Made by a program: the position numbers and the translations under genes
Shown here: positions 17,051 through 26,405 of the stretch, one piece after another
Layout: every line of letters starts with the position of its first letter
Position numbering within the stretch: the stretch's first letter is position 1
Notes under the pieces: model-generated
The model's database searches: none
What the model was told of the DNA's origin: nothing
What the model saw: only the letters and a program-made list of their open reading frames with translations
Origin: Dehalococcoidia bacterium
Lineage (GTDB): Bacteria > Chloroflexota > Dehalococcoidia > Lucifugimonadales > Australimonadaceae
Reading direction: 5' to 3'
Assembly (NCBI GenBank): GCA_965116255.1
Contig: OZ220670.1
Location: 1,009,467 to 1,073,466 of the forward strand
DNA length: 64,000 bases

Positions 17051-18007
17051 CTAGCGTCCCAGTATCTCATGCAATTGGTCGATGAAGGCGGGGAGCACCT
17101 TCTGCCAATCGCCAGCCACACCGAAGCGCGCCTGCTCAAAGATGTTAGCTCCCCTGTCCTTGTTTATTGCTACGATATCACGTGCGCCACCACATCCGGC
17201 CATATGCTGGCTCGCGCCCGAGATGCCGACTGCCACGTAGAGGTCGGGCGTGACTGTCTTGCCCGTTAGACCCACCTGGTAGGTGGATGGCACCCATCCT
17301 GCATCGCAGGCCGCGCGGGACGCGCCCACCGCGCCGCCTAAGAGGTCGGCCAGCTCGTGGAGTTGGTCGAAAGCAGCCTGGCCGCCCAGTCCTCGTCCGC
17401 CGCTCACGATGACCTTCGCATCCTCGAGGCGCGGCCCGTCCGAGGCATCCTTGGCGCGCTCTACCACCCGCGCCTTGACGACCCCTTCGATGTCGTGCTC
17501 CATCGCCGTGATGCTGCCCCTGCGCGCTGGGTCCGGCGGCAGCGCCTCATACGCCTTGGCGCGGAGCGACGCGACGGCGGGCCTTCCATTGCACGCGACG
17601 GTTGCGAGCGCGTTGCCGCCGTAGACAGGGCGCGTCGCCTCCAAGCGCCCATCGCCCGCTGCGGAAACGGCGATGCAGTCCTGCGCCAGCGCAACGCCGA
17701 GCCTGAATGCAACCCGGGGCATGACGCTGCCGCCGAATGCGTCCCTGGGGCCGAGCACCCACTGGGGCTGCACGATGCGTGCGGCCTCGGCGGCAAGCGC
17801 GACCACCGCTTCAGGCTCGTCGTACGGCGCGTGGAGGGCGGCGTCGGCACCGTGCGCCGCGGCAGCCTGCGCAGCGTCCCCGGCGCCGGCACCCGCGAGC
17901 AGCACATGCACCGTCGCACCGAGCGATCGGGCCGCGGCGAGCGCCTCCAGCGACGGCGCACTGGGAGCACCCTCGATGGCCTCGGCGATGACCAGTACGT
18001 CCGGCAT
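17051..18007 (-). CDS. etfA: electron transfer flavoprotein alpha subunit
   Basis: MPDVLVIAE… with the FAD-binding C-terminal domain (…LYVAVGISGASQHMAG…). 318 aa. Confidence 0.9.
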   Translation of the reverse strand: MPDVLVIAEAIEGAPSAPSLEALAAARSLGATVHVLLAGAGAGDAAQAAAAHGADAALHAPYDEPEAVVALAAEAARIVQPQWVLGPRDAFGGSVMPRVAFRLGVALAQDCIAVSAAGDGRLEATRPVYGGNALATVACNGRPAVASLRAKAYEALPPDPARRGSITAMEHDIEGVVKARVVERAKDASDGPRLEDAKVIVSGGRGLGGQAAFDQLHELADLLGGAVGASRAACDAGWVPSTYQVGLTGKTVTPDLYVAVGISGASQHMAGCGGARDIVAINKDRGANIFEQARFGVAGDWQKVLPAFIDQLHEILGR

Positions 18008-18009
18008 GG

Positions 18010-18801
18010 CTACAGGATCTTCGCCTCCCGCAGTGCTAGCGCCAGCTTGCGGCCAGCATCCTCATCATCCTCCCCACTGATGAATTCGGTCGCGCCGCGC
18101 GGCGCGGGCTTAGCCAGCGCTACCAGCTCAAAGGCGGGCGGGCGCGGCGATACGCCGAGGTCGGCGAGTGTCCAGAGCGTCGGCTCGATCCGCTTGGCTG
18201 CCATGATGCCGCGCATGTTGGGGTAACGTGGGTTGCCCAGCTCGTTCGACACGGTAACGACGGTCGGCAGCGGCGCCTCGACGACCTCATAGCCGTCGGG
18301 AAGGATGCGCTCGACACGCACGCTCCGCCCCTCTACCTCGACCTTGCGGCAGACGGTGACCACCGGCCAGCCGAGCGCCTCGGCGAGGCCGAGCGGAACC
18401 TGCGCGTGATCCCAATCGGAGGCCTGACGGCCCGACAACACCAACGCCACGTCGTCCAGCCGGCCCACGGCGGCAGCCAGCGCATCGACGACGATGAGCG
18501 GGTCGGGGCTGTTGTCGAGCGCAGGATCTTCGATGAGCACCAGCTCGTCTGCGCCCATCGCTAGCGGCTTCTTGATGACGTCGGCGGCGAAGGAGTCGCC
18601 CGCAGCGACGACGGTCACGGTGACATCGCCGGACGTCTCCTTGATGCGCAGCGCGGCCTCGACAGCCTGCTCGTCGAAGCCATTCACGACGGGAGCGATG
18701 TTGGGAGGTGTCGTCACGCGCTTGGCCGCCTCGTCCACATGGAACGCAGAGAGGGGCATTTCGGGGTCGATGACCTGCTTGGCGGTGACGACGATGCGCA
18801 C
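18010..18801 (-). CDS. etfB: electron transfer flavoprotein beta subunit
   Basis: VRIVVTAKQVIDPE… is the typical EtfB N-terminus, so a GTG start at 18801 is likely. The ATG at 18837 is an alternative. The stop abuts the etfA start. Confidence 0.85.
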   Translation of the reverse strand: MRIVVTAKQVIDPEMPLSAFHVDEAAKRVTTPPNIAPVVNGFDEQAVEAALRIKETSGDVTVTVVAAGDSFAADVIKKPLAMGADELVLIEDPALDNSPDPLIVVDALAAAVGRLDDVALVLSGRQASDWDHAQVPLGLAEALGWPVVTVCRKVEVEGRSVRVERILPDGYEVVEAPLPTVVTVSNELGNPRYPNMRGIMAAKRIEPTLWTLADLGVSPRPPAFELVALAKPAPRGATEFISGEDDEDAGRKLALALREAKIL

Positions 18802-18873
18802 GCCGCGATGGTAGCACTGCGCCAAAAGGCCCCGCAAGAAAGGGCCGCGCCGGGGAGGGGGCCTCCAGCATTC

Positions 18874-19689
18874 TTACGGGTTGTAAGCCAAGCACTCACC
18901 GAAGGCGACGCCGCCAACGGCGAACGGCGTGTCCCTCCATTCGTCTAGACCAGCGCGCCACTCGTCGAATTGCTCTTGCGTCGCGAGCCCATGCTGCGTT
19001 GCCGCGCCTATCACCTGGGGCGAGAAGAACCACCCTGCGGCAACGCTGTGGAAGAATGCCACGTCGCCCGGCGTGCCGTAGTAGTCGAACGAGAAGCCGG
19101 CGACAGGGTCGGCAAATCCAGCGTCCAGGAACGCACCCTTCAGCTCCATCCCCATGTTCGGATGGCCGTCGTTCGCGGCGACGAGCCTCGAGAATACCTC
19201 CCACGCGGCGCGGTCGTCGTAGGGGTAGAGGAACGCTGCCCGCAAGACAGCCTCACGCGCCGCGATGATGCCGCCAGGCTTGAGCACGCGCTTGATCTCC
19301 GCAAGCACCGCGGTGGTGTCGGGCACGTGCATCAGCACCGCATGACAGTGCGCCGCATCAAAGGAGCCGTCCTCGAACGGCAGCTGCGTCACGTCGCCGA
19401 CATGGAAGGTGGCATTGGCGTGCGCTCCGGCTTCTGCGGCTGCACGCGCAAGCTCGACCTGCGATTCCTCCATGTCGATGCCGTGCAGCTCGCCGGGCTC
19501 GACGAGGCGGGCGAGGCCAACCGAGATGGTGCCCGGCCCGCACCCGACATCAAGGACGCGGTCGCCGTTCTTGAGGTGCGGCAATAGGTAGGCCGCGTGC
19601 GACCCCGCGCTCCGCCGATCCAGCATCTGGCGGAACTCCTCGCTGTATCCCATCGTGTACTGCGGCGTACCGGAAGTGCTGTCAGCCAT
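18874..19689 (-). CDS. class I SAM-dependent methyltransferase
   Basis: VLDVGCGPG (motif I) and LKPGG (post-II motif), Methyltransf_11/25-like, 271 aa. Confidence 0.8.
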   Translation of the reverse strand: MADSTSGTPQYTMGYSEEFRQMLDRRSAGSHAAYLLPHLKNGDRVLDVGCGPGTISVGLARLVEPGELHGIDMEESQVELARAAAEAGAHANATFHVGDVTQLPFEDGSFDAAHCHAVLMHVPDTTAVLAEIKRVLKPGGIIAAREAVLRAAFLYPYDDRAAWEVFSRLVAANDGHPNMGMELKGAFLDAGFADPVAGFSFDYYGTPGDVAFFHSVAAGWFFSPQVIGAATQHGLATQEQFDEWRAGLDEWRDTPFAVGGVAFGECLAYNP

Positions 19690-20170
19690 CGTGTGCGCTC
19701 CTGTGGAGGGAGTGGGGGGTGTAGCTATTGTAGAGGAGGCCGGCGCTGCGCGGCCTAGAGAGGCGGTCTTCTCTGACCCCTTCCATGCCCATGTCGGTCG
19801 TCTTGCCGCCCATCACCTTCCCTCCACTGCGGTGCTGAGGGATGCCCATCTCGCGAGGTCACCGGAATCAGGACGGGCGGGCTATCGGGGAGGCAGGTCG
19901 GGCAAGCGCCCCAAATGGGCCCAAAGGTAACCAGTACGCCATCTACACGGGGCAGACCGTTGCCGACATGAAATTGAGGTGAGGGCTCCTGGCGTAGCAC
20001 CTGGGAAAATGCGGCAATTGCCGGTTCGCTAGTGACGCCAGCCGTGAAGGCTTCAGACTGGTACCGGGTGCGCCCATCGAGTTGCATGGTGCCCCGACTT
20101 TGGGTTAAGAGGAGGGGCGTCATGCCGCGACCGCTGTCATGGACATCACACTGGTTCGATGTTGCTCACC

Positions 20171-20635
20171 TATTTCTTCCTGCCTACCGCCTGCACCGCC
20201 AGATCGACCAACCCCATCGTCGCCGTGGTGCGCACCCTGCGCTCGAAAAGCTTCCCCATGCCCTGGCGATGCCTGCTATAGAACCGTCACAGTGGGTTAT
20301 GGTCAGGATGCTGCCATCCCGTCAGCCACGGGTACGGGATTTGCTCACGACAGGCCGCCTCCAGCTTGCGGCAGGAGCGCACCCCTGCATGAGTCCGTGC
20401 AACCGCACGCTCAGCAGCGCACGGGATGACAGGATGGAGCTCCCTACGGGTCGCCCTCCATCTCCACACCAAGCCCGGCCCAGCTCCCTCTGTCCGGGGC
20501 ATCGATGAACTCGGCAAAGAACCGCGCCGGATGGCGCGGCGGCAACAACTCATCCAGTGTCGACGGCAGCATCCACATCCGCTCTCTCCCCATATCCCGG
20601 AGCGGCATCTGCTGCTGCACCAGGGTGAGCCTCAA
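20171..20635 (-). pseudogene. IS5-family (DUF772/PF05598-type N-terminus) transposase remnant, frameshifted and 3'-truncated
   Basis: Minus-strand translation gives …MLPSTLDELLPPRHPARFFAEFIDAPD…, then after a stop …RSCRKLEAACREQIPYPWLTGWQHPDHNPL, then after a frame change …RFYSRHRQGMGKLFERRVRTTATMGLVD. These are the conserved DUF772 blocks, interrupted by stops and frameshifts. No DDE catalytic domain follows before the next gene. Confidence 0.6.
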
Positions 20636-20795
20636 CCTACACCAATTCGGCCAGCAAACGCAGCCATCGTCGGTCTCCCAACCGCCCGACTCTGCACCCG
20701 ACTTCTGAGGCAGGCTCCCTGGTGCAGGCTTCGGGGGCAGGCCATTGCGGCATGCCGTATGATATTAATTGGACGTAATTCATGTGGAGATATAC

Positions 20796-21011
20796 ATGCG
20801 CATATCCGAACGCGGCCAGATCACCATCCCCAAGCGATTCAGAGACCGCTTCGGCATGAACAAGGACGTCGAAGTTGAAATCACCCCCACCGACCGTGGC
20901 CTGCTCATCCAGAAGCGGTCCACCGCGCAGCACCCGGTTGAGAGGGTCAGCGGGATCCTTGACGGTTCCTTCGACGTGGATCGGTACATTGAAGAGATTC
21001 GGGGAAGATGA
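20796..21011 (+). CDS. vapB: AbrB/MazE/SpoVT-family antitoxin (VapB-like)
   Basis: MRISERGQITIPKRFRDRFG… is a swapped-hairpin AbrB-type DNA-binding domain. It overlaps the downstream PIN gene by 4 nt, and an AT-rich promoter-like stretch lies upstream. Confidence 0.8.
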   Translation: MRISERGQITIPKRFRDRFGMNKDVEVEITPTDRGLLIQKRSTAQHPVERVSGILDGSFDVDRYIEEIRGR

Positions 21012-21412
21012 TTACGGCGGTCGATACCAGCGTCCTACTGGATGTCTTTGTGTCCGACGCACCGCACCATGCCCGATCGCAGGAGTGGCTCATCGACGCC
21101 TACGATAGGGGAGCCATCCTAGTCTGCGATGTCGTTTACGCGGAGCTTGTTCCTGCGTTTGGGAATCGGCCCTCGCTGGACAACGCGCTGCGGGAGATCA
21201 ATGCGGCAGTCTCTCCGATTGGCACCGCTATCGCATATGAGGCTGGGATGCGTTGGGCACGATACCGGCAGGCGGGAGGATCGAGGGAGCGCATCATCAC
21301 CGACTTTCTGATTGGCGCTCATGCCGTTGCCAATGCCGACACCTTTCTTACCCGGGACCGGGGCTTCTACGCTACCTACTTCTCTGAGTTGCGAGGGACG
21401 CCGAGCGATTGA
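21008..21412 (+). CDS. vapC: PIN-domain toxin VapC
   Basis: MITAVDTSVLLDV… with the PIN acidic quartet pattern (D6 … E … D … D). 134 aa. Translationally coupled to vapB. Confidence 0.8.
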   Translation: MITAVDTSVLLDVFVSDAPHHARSQEWLIDAYDRGAILVCDVVYAELVPAFGNRPSLDNALREINAAVSPIGTAIAYEAGMRWARYRQAGGSRERIITDFLIGAHAVANADTFLTRDRGFYATYFSELRGTPSD

Positions 21413-21805
21413 CGAGAGCCATTACGGGGAAAGGCATTTGAATGAGTACGAAATGAAGAGGAGGCACCTACAGCCGCTCACGCCAGCGGCTCCTGCGCCG
21501 GGTGTCCAGCGACCACCAGAACATGGACCTGTCCATGGCCGCACAACGTAGGGCGCACGAGGCTACAGGCGTGCAGTCGGCCCTATCGGTCATGGATATG
21601 TCCTCCTTGGTGATCCCTATTCGTTCTGCCGGGCCTCAGCCCGTTGGCAGCACTTCCGCCCCGGCCACATTCGTTCCTCCATGTACGGGCGGACGGGGTT
21701 CGAGGGATGCTCGGCTCGTCGACGCCGCCTCCGAATTGGCACGATGCAAAGCTGGCGTCGCGGCGTCGCTTCAGGAGGGACTGCGACGACGCGTCGAGAC
21801 CGTTC

Positions 21806-22861
21806 ATGTGGACGCCTGACAGCGTGCTACCCGTCTCGCACAGGGCTGTCCTGCTGTGTTCATTGCTCATGTCCGTTGTCGCCTGCTCGCCTGGCGATGT
21901 CCCGTCCGCATCGTGCACGGACGGAGACCGCGCCCTCAAGGTCGGCTTCTACGCCTACTTCGACCCCGTGAGCCACAGCGCCGATCCCGAACCGGCCTCC
22001 GAGGGGTTCAACACCCATCTGGGATACGAGGCCGACCTGCTCACCGCCCTTGAAGCGATGGAGGGAGCGGGGTTGTCTTTCTCACGGCGCGGCATCGCTC
22101 CCTGGGATGACATCTGGCTACAATCTGCAGGACCTGCGTTTGACATCGTGGGCGGCGGCATCACCATCCTGGACTCACGCACCCGCAACGCGGCAGGCGA
22201 GGAGGTCGTCTCATTCACGTCGGGTCACGTGGAGTTTCGACAGTCGCTGCTGGTCCGAGCCGACGATGCGATGCGCATAGCCTCCTATTCCGACCTGACC
22301 AGAGACATGCGCGTGGGCGTGCTCGCGGGCACGACGGGAGAGCGCCGCCTGCTGGAACTGACGGGCCTCGTGAACGCCGACGGAGCGATTGTGGCCGACA
22401 CGCGTATCGAGACCGCCACTCACAGCACGCTGACGTCCGACGGCAGCGCGAACTACACCATCGACTTTGCCGCCGAGTCCCCCGATCTGAAGGGGCGGCG
22501 TCACCTGTACCCGCCGTCGGAAGAGATGCCCCAGGTGGTCTATCTCGGCGACGAGACCGGCGAATCCGAGCTTCTCGAAGCGTTGCGGGCAGGTGACGTC
22601 GACGCGGTCGCAAGGGGCGCGGTGGGCAATCTGACGGCGGCCAAAGCTTCGAACGGCGCGTTCGTCGTCACCGTCCTGGACGACGCAGTAGAGCTGGGCG
22701 GCTTCAGCCTGGCGGTAGGGGACGCCCAACTGCGCTCCTGTCTGGACGAGAAGATCAACTACCTGACCGACGATCGCCGCATAGGCTATGCGGAATGGGC
22801 GACGGACCCGGGAGTGTTCACGCGCCGCGCCGTCGAGATGTCCTTGCCTGACGCCGACTGA
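21806..22861 (+). CDS. periplasmic solute-binding protein, family 3 (amino-acid ABC transporter SBP-like) lipoprotein
   Basis: Lipobox LLMSVVACSPG followed by an SBP_bac_3-like two-lobe sequence. No permease or ATPase genes are adjacent. Confidence 0.6.
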   Translation: MWTPDSVLPVSHRAVLLCSLLMSVVACSPGDVPSASCTDGDRALKVGFYAYFDPVSHSADPEPASEGFNTHLGYEADLLTALEAMEGAGLSFSRRGIAPWDDIWLQSAGPAFDIVGGGITILDSRTRNAAGEEVVSFTSGHVEFRQSLLVRADDAMRIASYSDLTRDMRVGVLAGTTGERRLLELTGLVNADGAIVADTRIETATHSTLTSDGSANYTIDFAAESPDLKGRRHLYPPSEEMPQVVYLGDETGESELLEALRAGDVDAVARGAVGNLTAAKASNGAFVVTVLDDAVELGGFSLAVGDAQLRSCLDEKINYLTDDRRIGYAEWATDPGVFTRRAVEMSLPDAD

Positions 22862-23058
22862 TGCCCTCCGAGTAGGTTGAATGCTCCAGCGAGAGCAACA
22901 ACGAAGGCTATGCGCATGCAACCCTCGTCGATGCAGGCTAGGTCGGGCTCTACGGCGTGTGTTACGACCTCCCGGGGCTAGGCCTTCGCGAAAGGCAGTA
23001 GCCCACGTTCATCTTCCAAAGACTCGGATGGTCCTACTGCCGTGGGCCGCCGGTCGCA

Positions 23059-23539
23059 ATGTCGGTGCAGCGCGGCTGCGGCCAGCAGGGAAATTCTGCT
23101 GTCGCCATGGTGCTGGTCGCCGTTGTTGCCGCAGCGTGTGGGGCAGACGATTCGACGCGCGCTTCAGTGCCTACCCAGGCTCCCACGACCCCTCCAACCC
23201 CGATTCTTCCGGTTCTATGGGCGTTGAATTCTGGGACCTGGACTGTCATCCATGGGCCAAGATCTGGTTGCGCTTCTGACCGACGAAGAGGCCGCCTGCG
23301 GGAAGAACGAGCTCGGGGGAGACTACCGGGCCATGCTGAAAGCCCCGCTGGTCGGAGAATCCGGGACGATGCTGTGGGATGGCGCGAGCGATGCGTTCCC
23401 GCTGTCCCAGTGTAGCGCGGTGGAGCGCGGTGCATCCATGAGCCTCTTGCTGTCCTCGGCTGCCGCCGGCCGTCTCAGCGCAGGGGAGACGGTACGGGCC
23501 GAGGTGGTCGTCTCTAGTGCTGTGAAACAGCGTTGTTGA
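23059..23539 (+). pseudogene. putative lipoprotein gene, apparently frameshifted (two reading frames)
   Basis: Frame 1 (23059-23415) starts with a lipoprotein signal MVLVAVVAAACGADDST… and then turns Arg-rich. Frame 2 (23252-23539) reads protein-like (…LLTDEEAACGKNELGGDYRAMLKAPLVGESGTMLWDGASDAF…). This is consistent with a frameshift or a sequencing error. Confidence 0.3.
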
Positions 23540-24788
23540 CCACTACGCGACCACCCTTGATCACTGCGAGCACCCTGCCGACATCCGTGATGTCCTGGTC
23601 AGGTCGGCCGTCAACGACCAGCAGGTCCGCCTCCTTCCCGGGGGCCACCGTACCGACCGCGTCGTCGATATGCAGCGCCTTCGCGTTGCCGCTTGTGGCG
23701 GCCTGGATCGCCGCGAGAGGAGAGAGCCCGGCCTCGACCATCGCTGCCAGCTCAAGATCAAACCGGCCGAACGGGTACATCCCCCAGCCACAGTCAGACC
23801 CGGCCATTAGCTGAACGCCGCGTTCTATCAGCCAACCTGTGTGCTGCATGGTCGCGCTATGGCCGCTCCGCATGCGCTTCAGGAGCGCCGCCTCTTCGTC
23901 AGTCGCGGCGCCCTGGTCGACGCGCTCTTGAAGAAGTGGCAGCCTACTCCGCGTGATGTGCAGGGTCGGGTTTACGCACACCTCTCGCTCCGCCATGAGA
24001 TCAGCCAACCGGTCATCAAATTCTCGATTGCCTGATTGGTCTGCAAACCAGCCATGCATGATGACGTCGAACCGGGCGTCAATGACCATGCGCATGGCCT
24101 CGTTCGAGCGACAATGCGCCGCGACAAGCAACCCTCGTCGGTGTCCCTCTTCTGCGATAGTCTCTAGCTCTTCGCTGGAGAAGGCCGGGCGAAACGGGTC
24201 CGTCCCAAGCGTGCTTCCGCCCGTCGCCATCACCTTGAGGAAGTCCGCGCCCTCCTTGATAAGCTGGCGCGCCGTCCTTCGCACGCCTTCCGGGCCATCC
24301 GCCTCCGAGCCCATGAACCAGCAGTGCCCGCCGGTGGTGGTAATCGGTCGGCCGGCGGCGAGCACGCGAGGACCGCGCACGAGACCCTGGCGAATGCCCT
24401 CCTTGAGGCGGAAGGTCGTTTGGTGCCAGGCACCGCAGTCGCACACGGTCGTCACCCCCGTTTTCAGCGCATGCTCGACGTTGTGCGCAGAGCGCAGCAG
24501 GCGAAGGTCATCGTCGTCGTCCCGGTGGACGTCCTCGCCGCGCCGTCCGTCCCCTGGCATGTTCGTGTGCGTATGGCAATCGATGAGGCCAGGCAGCAGC
24601 GTCCCTGCGGGGAAATCGAGTTTCTCCCCAATGGTCCCGCCAGACGGTGCGAGTTCGTAGGCCGGACCCACGGCGCTGATTCTTGCTCCCTCGATCCGCA
24701 CCGCCATGGCCTCGGACGCAGCAGAGCCCGACCCATCAAGGAGCCAGCCGGCGCTGATCGTGAGGGTGGGCGCAGGTTGAGATTGCAC
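23514..24788 (-). CDS. amidohydrolase-family metal-dependent hydrolase
   Basis: HxH metal motif (LIDCHTHTN), downstream His/Asp ligands (…VAAHC…, …GSDCGWG…), 424 aa. GTG start. Confidence 0.8.
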   Translation of the reverse strand: MQSQPAPTLTISAGWLLDGSGSAASEAMAVRIEGARISAVGPAYELAPSGGTIGEKLDFPAGTLLPGLIDCHTHTNMPGDGRRGEDVHRDDDDDLRLLRSAHNVEHALKTGVTTVCDCGAWHQTTFRLKEGIRQGLVRGPRVLAAGRPITTTGGHCWFMGSEADGPEGVRRTARQLIKEGADFLKVMATGGSTLGTDPFRPAFSSEELETIAEEGHRRGLLVAAHCRSNEAMRMVIDARFDVIMHGWFADQSGNREFDDRLADLMAEREVCVNPTLHITRSRLPLLQERVDQGAATDEEAALLKRMRSGHSATMQHTGWLIERGVQLMAGSDCGWGMYPFGRFDLELAAMVEAGLSPLAAIQAATSGNAKALHIDDAVGTVAPGKEADLLVVDGRPDQDITDVGRVLAVIKGGRVVVNNAVSQH

Positions 24789-24864
24789 GGCGACACCTTA
24801 CGCCATTTGCCGCCTGCGTTGGAGCGGGTGACAAAGAAAGGGAGTGCGCTCTTAGAATACTGGC

Positions 24865-26013
24865 ATGGACTTCAGTGCGCTCCGAGACGATATCGCGGCA
24901 ATGCGCTCAATGACCTACCTGAATACGGGCTGGGCCGGCCCCTCGCCTGCCAGGGTCCTGCGTCGGATGGGCGAGGCCGTGGAGGCTGAGAGCGCGCTCG
25001 GCCCTGCAGGACCGGACGGACGAGACTTCACTCGTCGCACGACTCACGAAGCTATCGCCGCAGCGGCACGCCTCTTCGGAGCCGCCGATCACGAGGTGCT
25101 GCTCACGCACGGCACGACCGAAGGCGTCAACATCGTGCTCCACGGCCTGACGTGGGCGCCGGGCGATGAGCTGCTCACGGCCGATCTGGAGCACCCTGCA
25201 CTATCCGTGCCAGCACGCCTCGTGGAAGAGCGCCACGGTGTGGTCGTCAAGCGGGCCGACTTCCCGGCTGATGCTACGAAGGAACGAATGCTGCAGGCAG
25301 TCGATGATCTGCTATCGAAGAGGACGCGCGTGGTCGCGCTCAGCCATATCCAGTATTCGTGCGGGCTGCGGATGCCGATACGCGAAATCGCCGAGGCAGC
25401 GCATCGTGTGGGAGCACTGGTGCTTATCGACGGTGCTCAGACCAGTGGCCATGTCGGGCTCGGCGTCCACGAGCTCGATGTCGACGGCTATGCGGTCTCG
25501 GGACAGAAGTGGCTGCTCGGACCGAACGGGTCCGGCGCGCTGTTCATCCATGACCGCCTGCTTGATCAGTTAGGCCCCCTCTTCTCGACGACCCCCGATC
25601 CGAATCAGGCGCGCGCGCCCAGTGCATACGGCATGACCTCTCAGGGTGTGGGGGTCGTCGCTGGATTCGCCGAGGCCGTGGCGATCGCGAACGAGCTGGG
25701 CGCCGACGCGATTGAGGAGCGGACGCTTGGGCTGGGCATGCGGCTCAAGACGGCGCTCACGGGAATCCCCGGCGTACACCTGACTGGGCCGACCGAGCAA
25801 GACGTCTCTTGCGGGCTCGTGTCCATCGCCGTGCACCGCTGGGAGCCCCGCGAGCTCACCGAAGCGCTCTGGGAGAGTAGTCGGGTCGTGGCTCGCGCCG
25901 TTGGGTACCCAGCTGCGGTCCGCTTCAGTACTGCTCATTTCAACACTGAAGAGGACATCGACCGGGCTGCTGAAGCGGTCCACGCGCTGGCGAAGGCGTC
26001 CGGCGCTCCGTAG
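24865..26013 (+). CDS. aminotransferase class V (cysteine desulfurase / isopenicillin-N epimerase-like PLP enzyme)
   Basis: Class V fold with a PLP-lysine region (…AVSGQKWLLGPNGSGALFI…). 382 aa. Confidence 0.75.
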   Translation: MDFSALRDDIAAMRSMTYLNTGWAGPSPARVLRRMGEAVEAESALGPAGPDGRDFTRRTTHEAIAAAARLFGAADHEVLLTHGTTEGVNIVLHGLTWAPGDELLTADLEHPALSVPARLVEERHGVVVKRADFPADATKERMLQAVDDLLSKRTRVVALSHIQYSCGLRMPIREIAEAAHRVGALVLIDGAQTSGHVGLGVHELDVDGYAVSGQKWLLGPNGSGALFIHDRLLDQLGPLFSTTPDPNQARAPSAYGMTSQGVGVVAGFAEAVAIANELGADAIEERTLGLGMRLKTALTGIPGVHLTGPTEQDVSCGLVSIAVHRWEPRELTEALWESSRVVARAVGYPAAVRFSTAHFNTEEDIDRAAEAVHALAKASGAP

Positions 26014-26405
26014 GCGTAGCATCTCATCCAAGGCGCAACAGGACTCCGCGAAACCCGCAGTGGGCTTGTGTCGTTCCTCATGCTCAACCTTCGGTTTGCG
26101 GCAGCAGCTGTAGTGCGAGGGACACACCGGTCGCACGCAGTGCCAACCCCGCCATGGAACTGGCCCTAAAGGTAGCCGTTCAGGCCCCTTAGCTCGCCCA
26201 GCCGAGGCGTCGGCTTTGTAGAGGATCTCCACTCCTGCGGCATCGTGGTCGACAGGTCCGTCTCTATTGCCACCTTCAGCGTGTCATCGCCAAGGAGCTT
26301 CATCGGGTCTGGCCCTGCTGAGACGCGAGAAGACTCCGCCTACATGGCCGTGCGAGCGAAGACGGAATTCTCAACCTCCATTCGGCCAGGGAAGGGAATG
26401 CAACG

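Noticed and set aside
21312-21805. Small ORFs (21312-21551, 21502-21819) between vapC and the SBP gene
   Set aside because: No RBS, no motifs, overlapping one another. Treated as intergenic.
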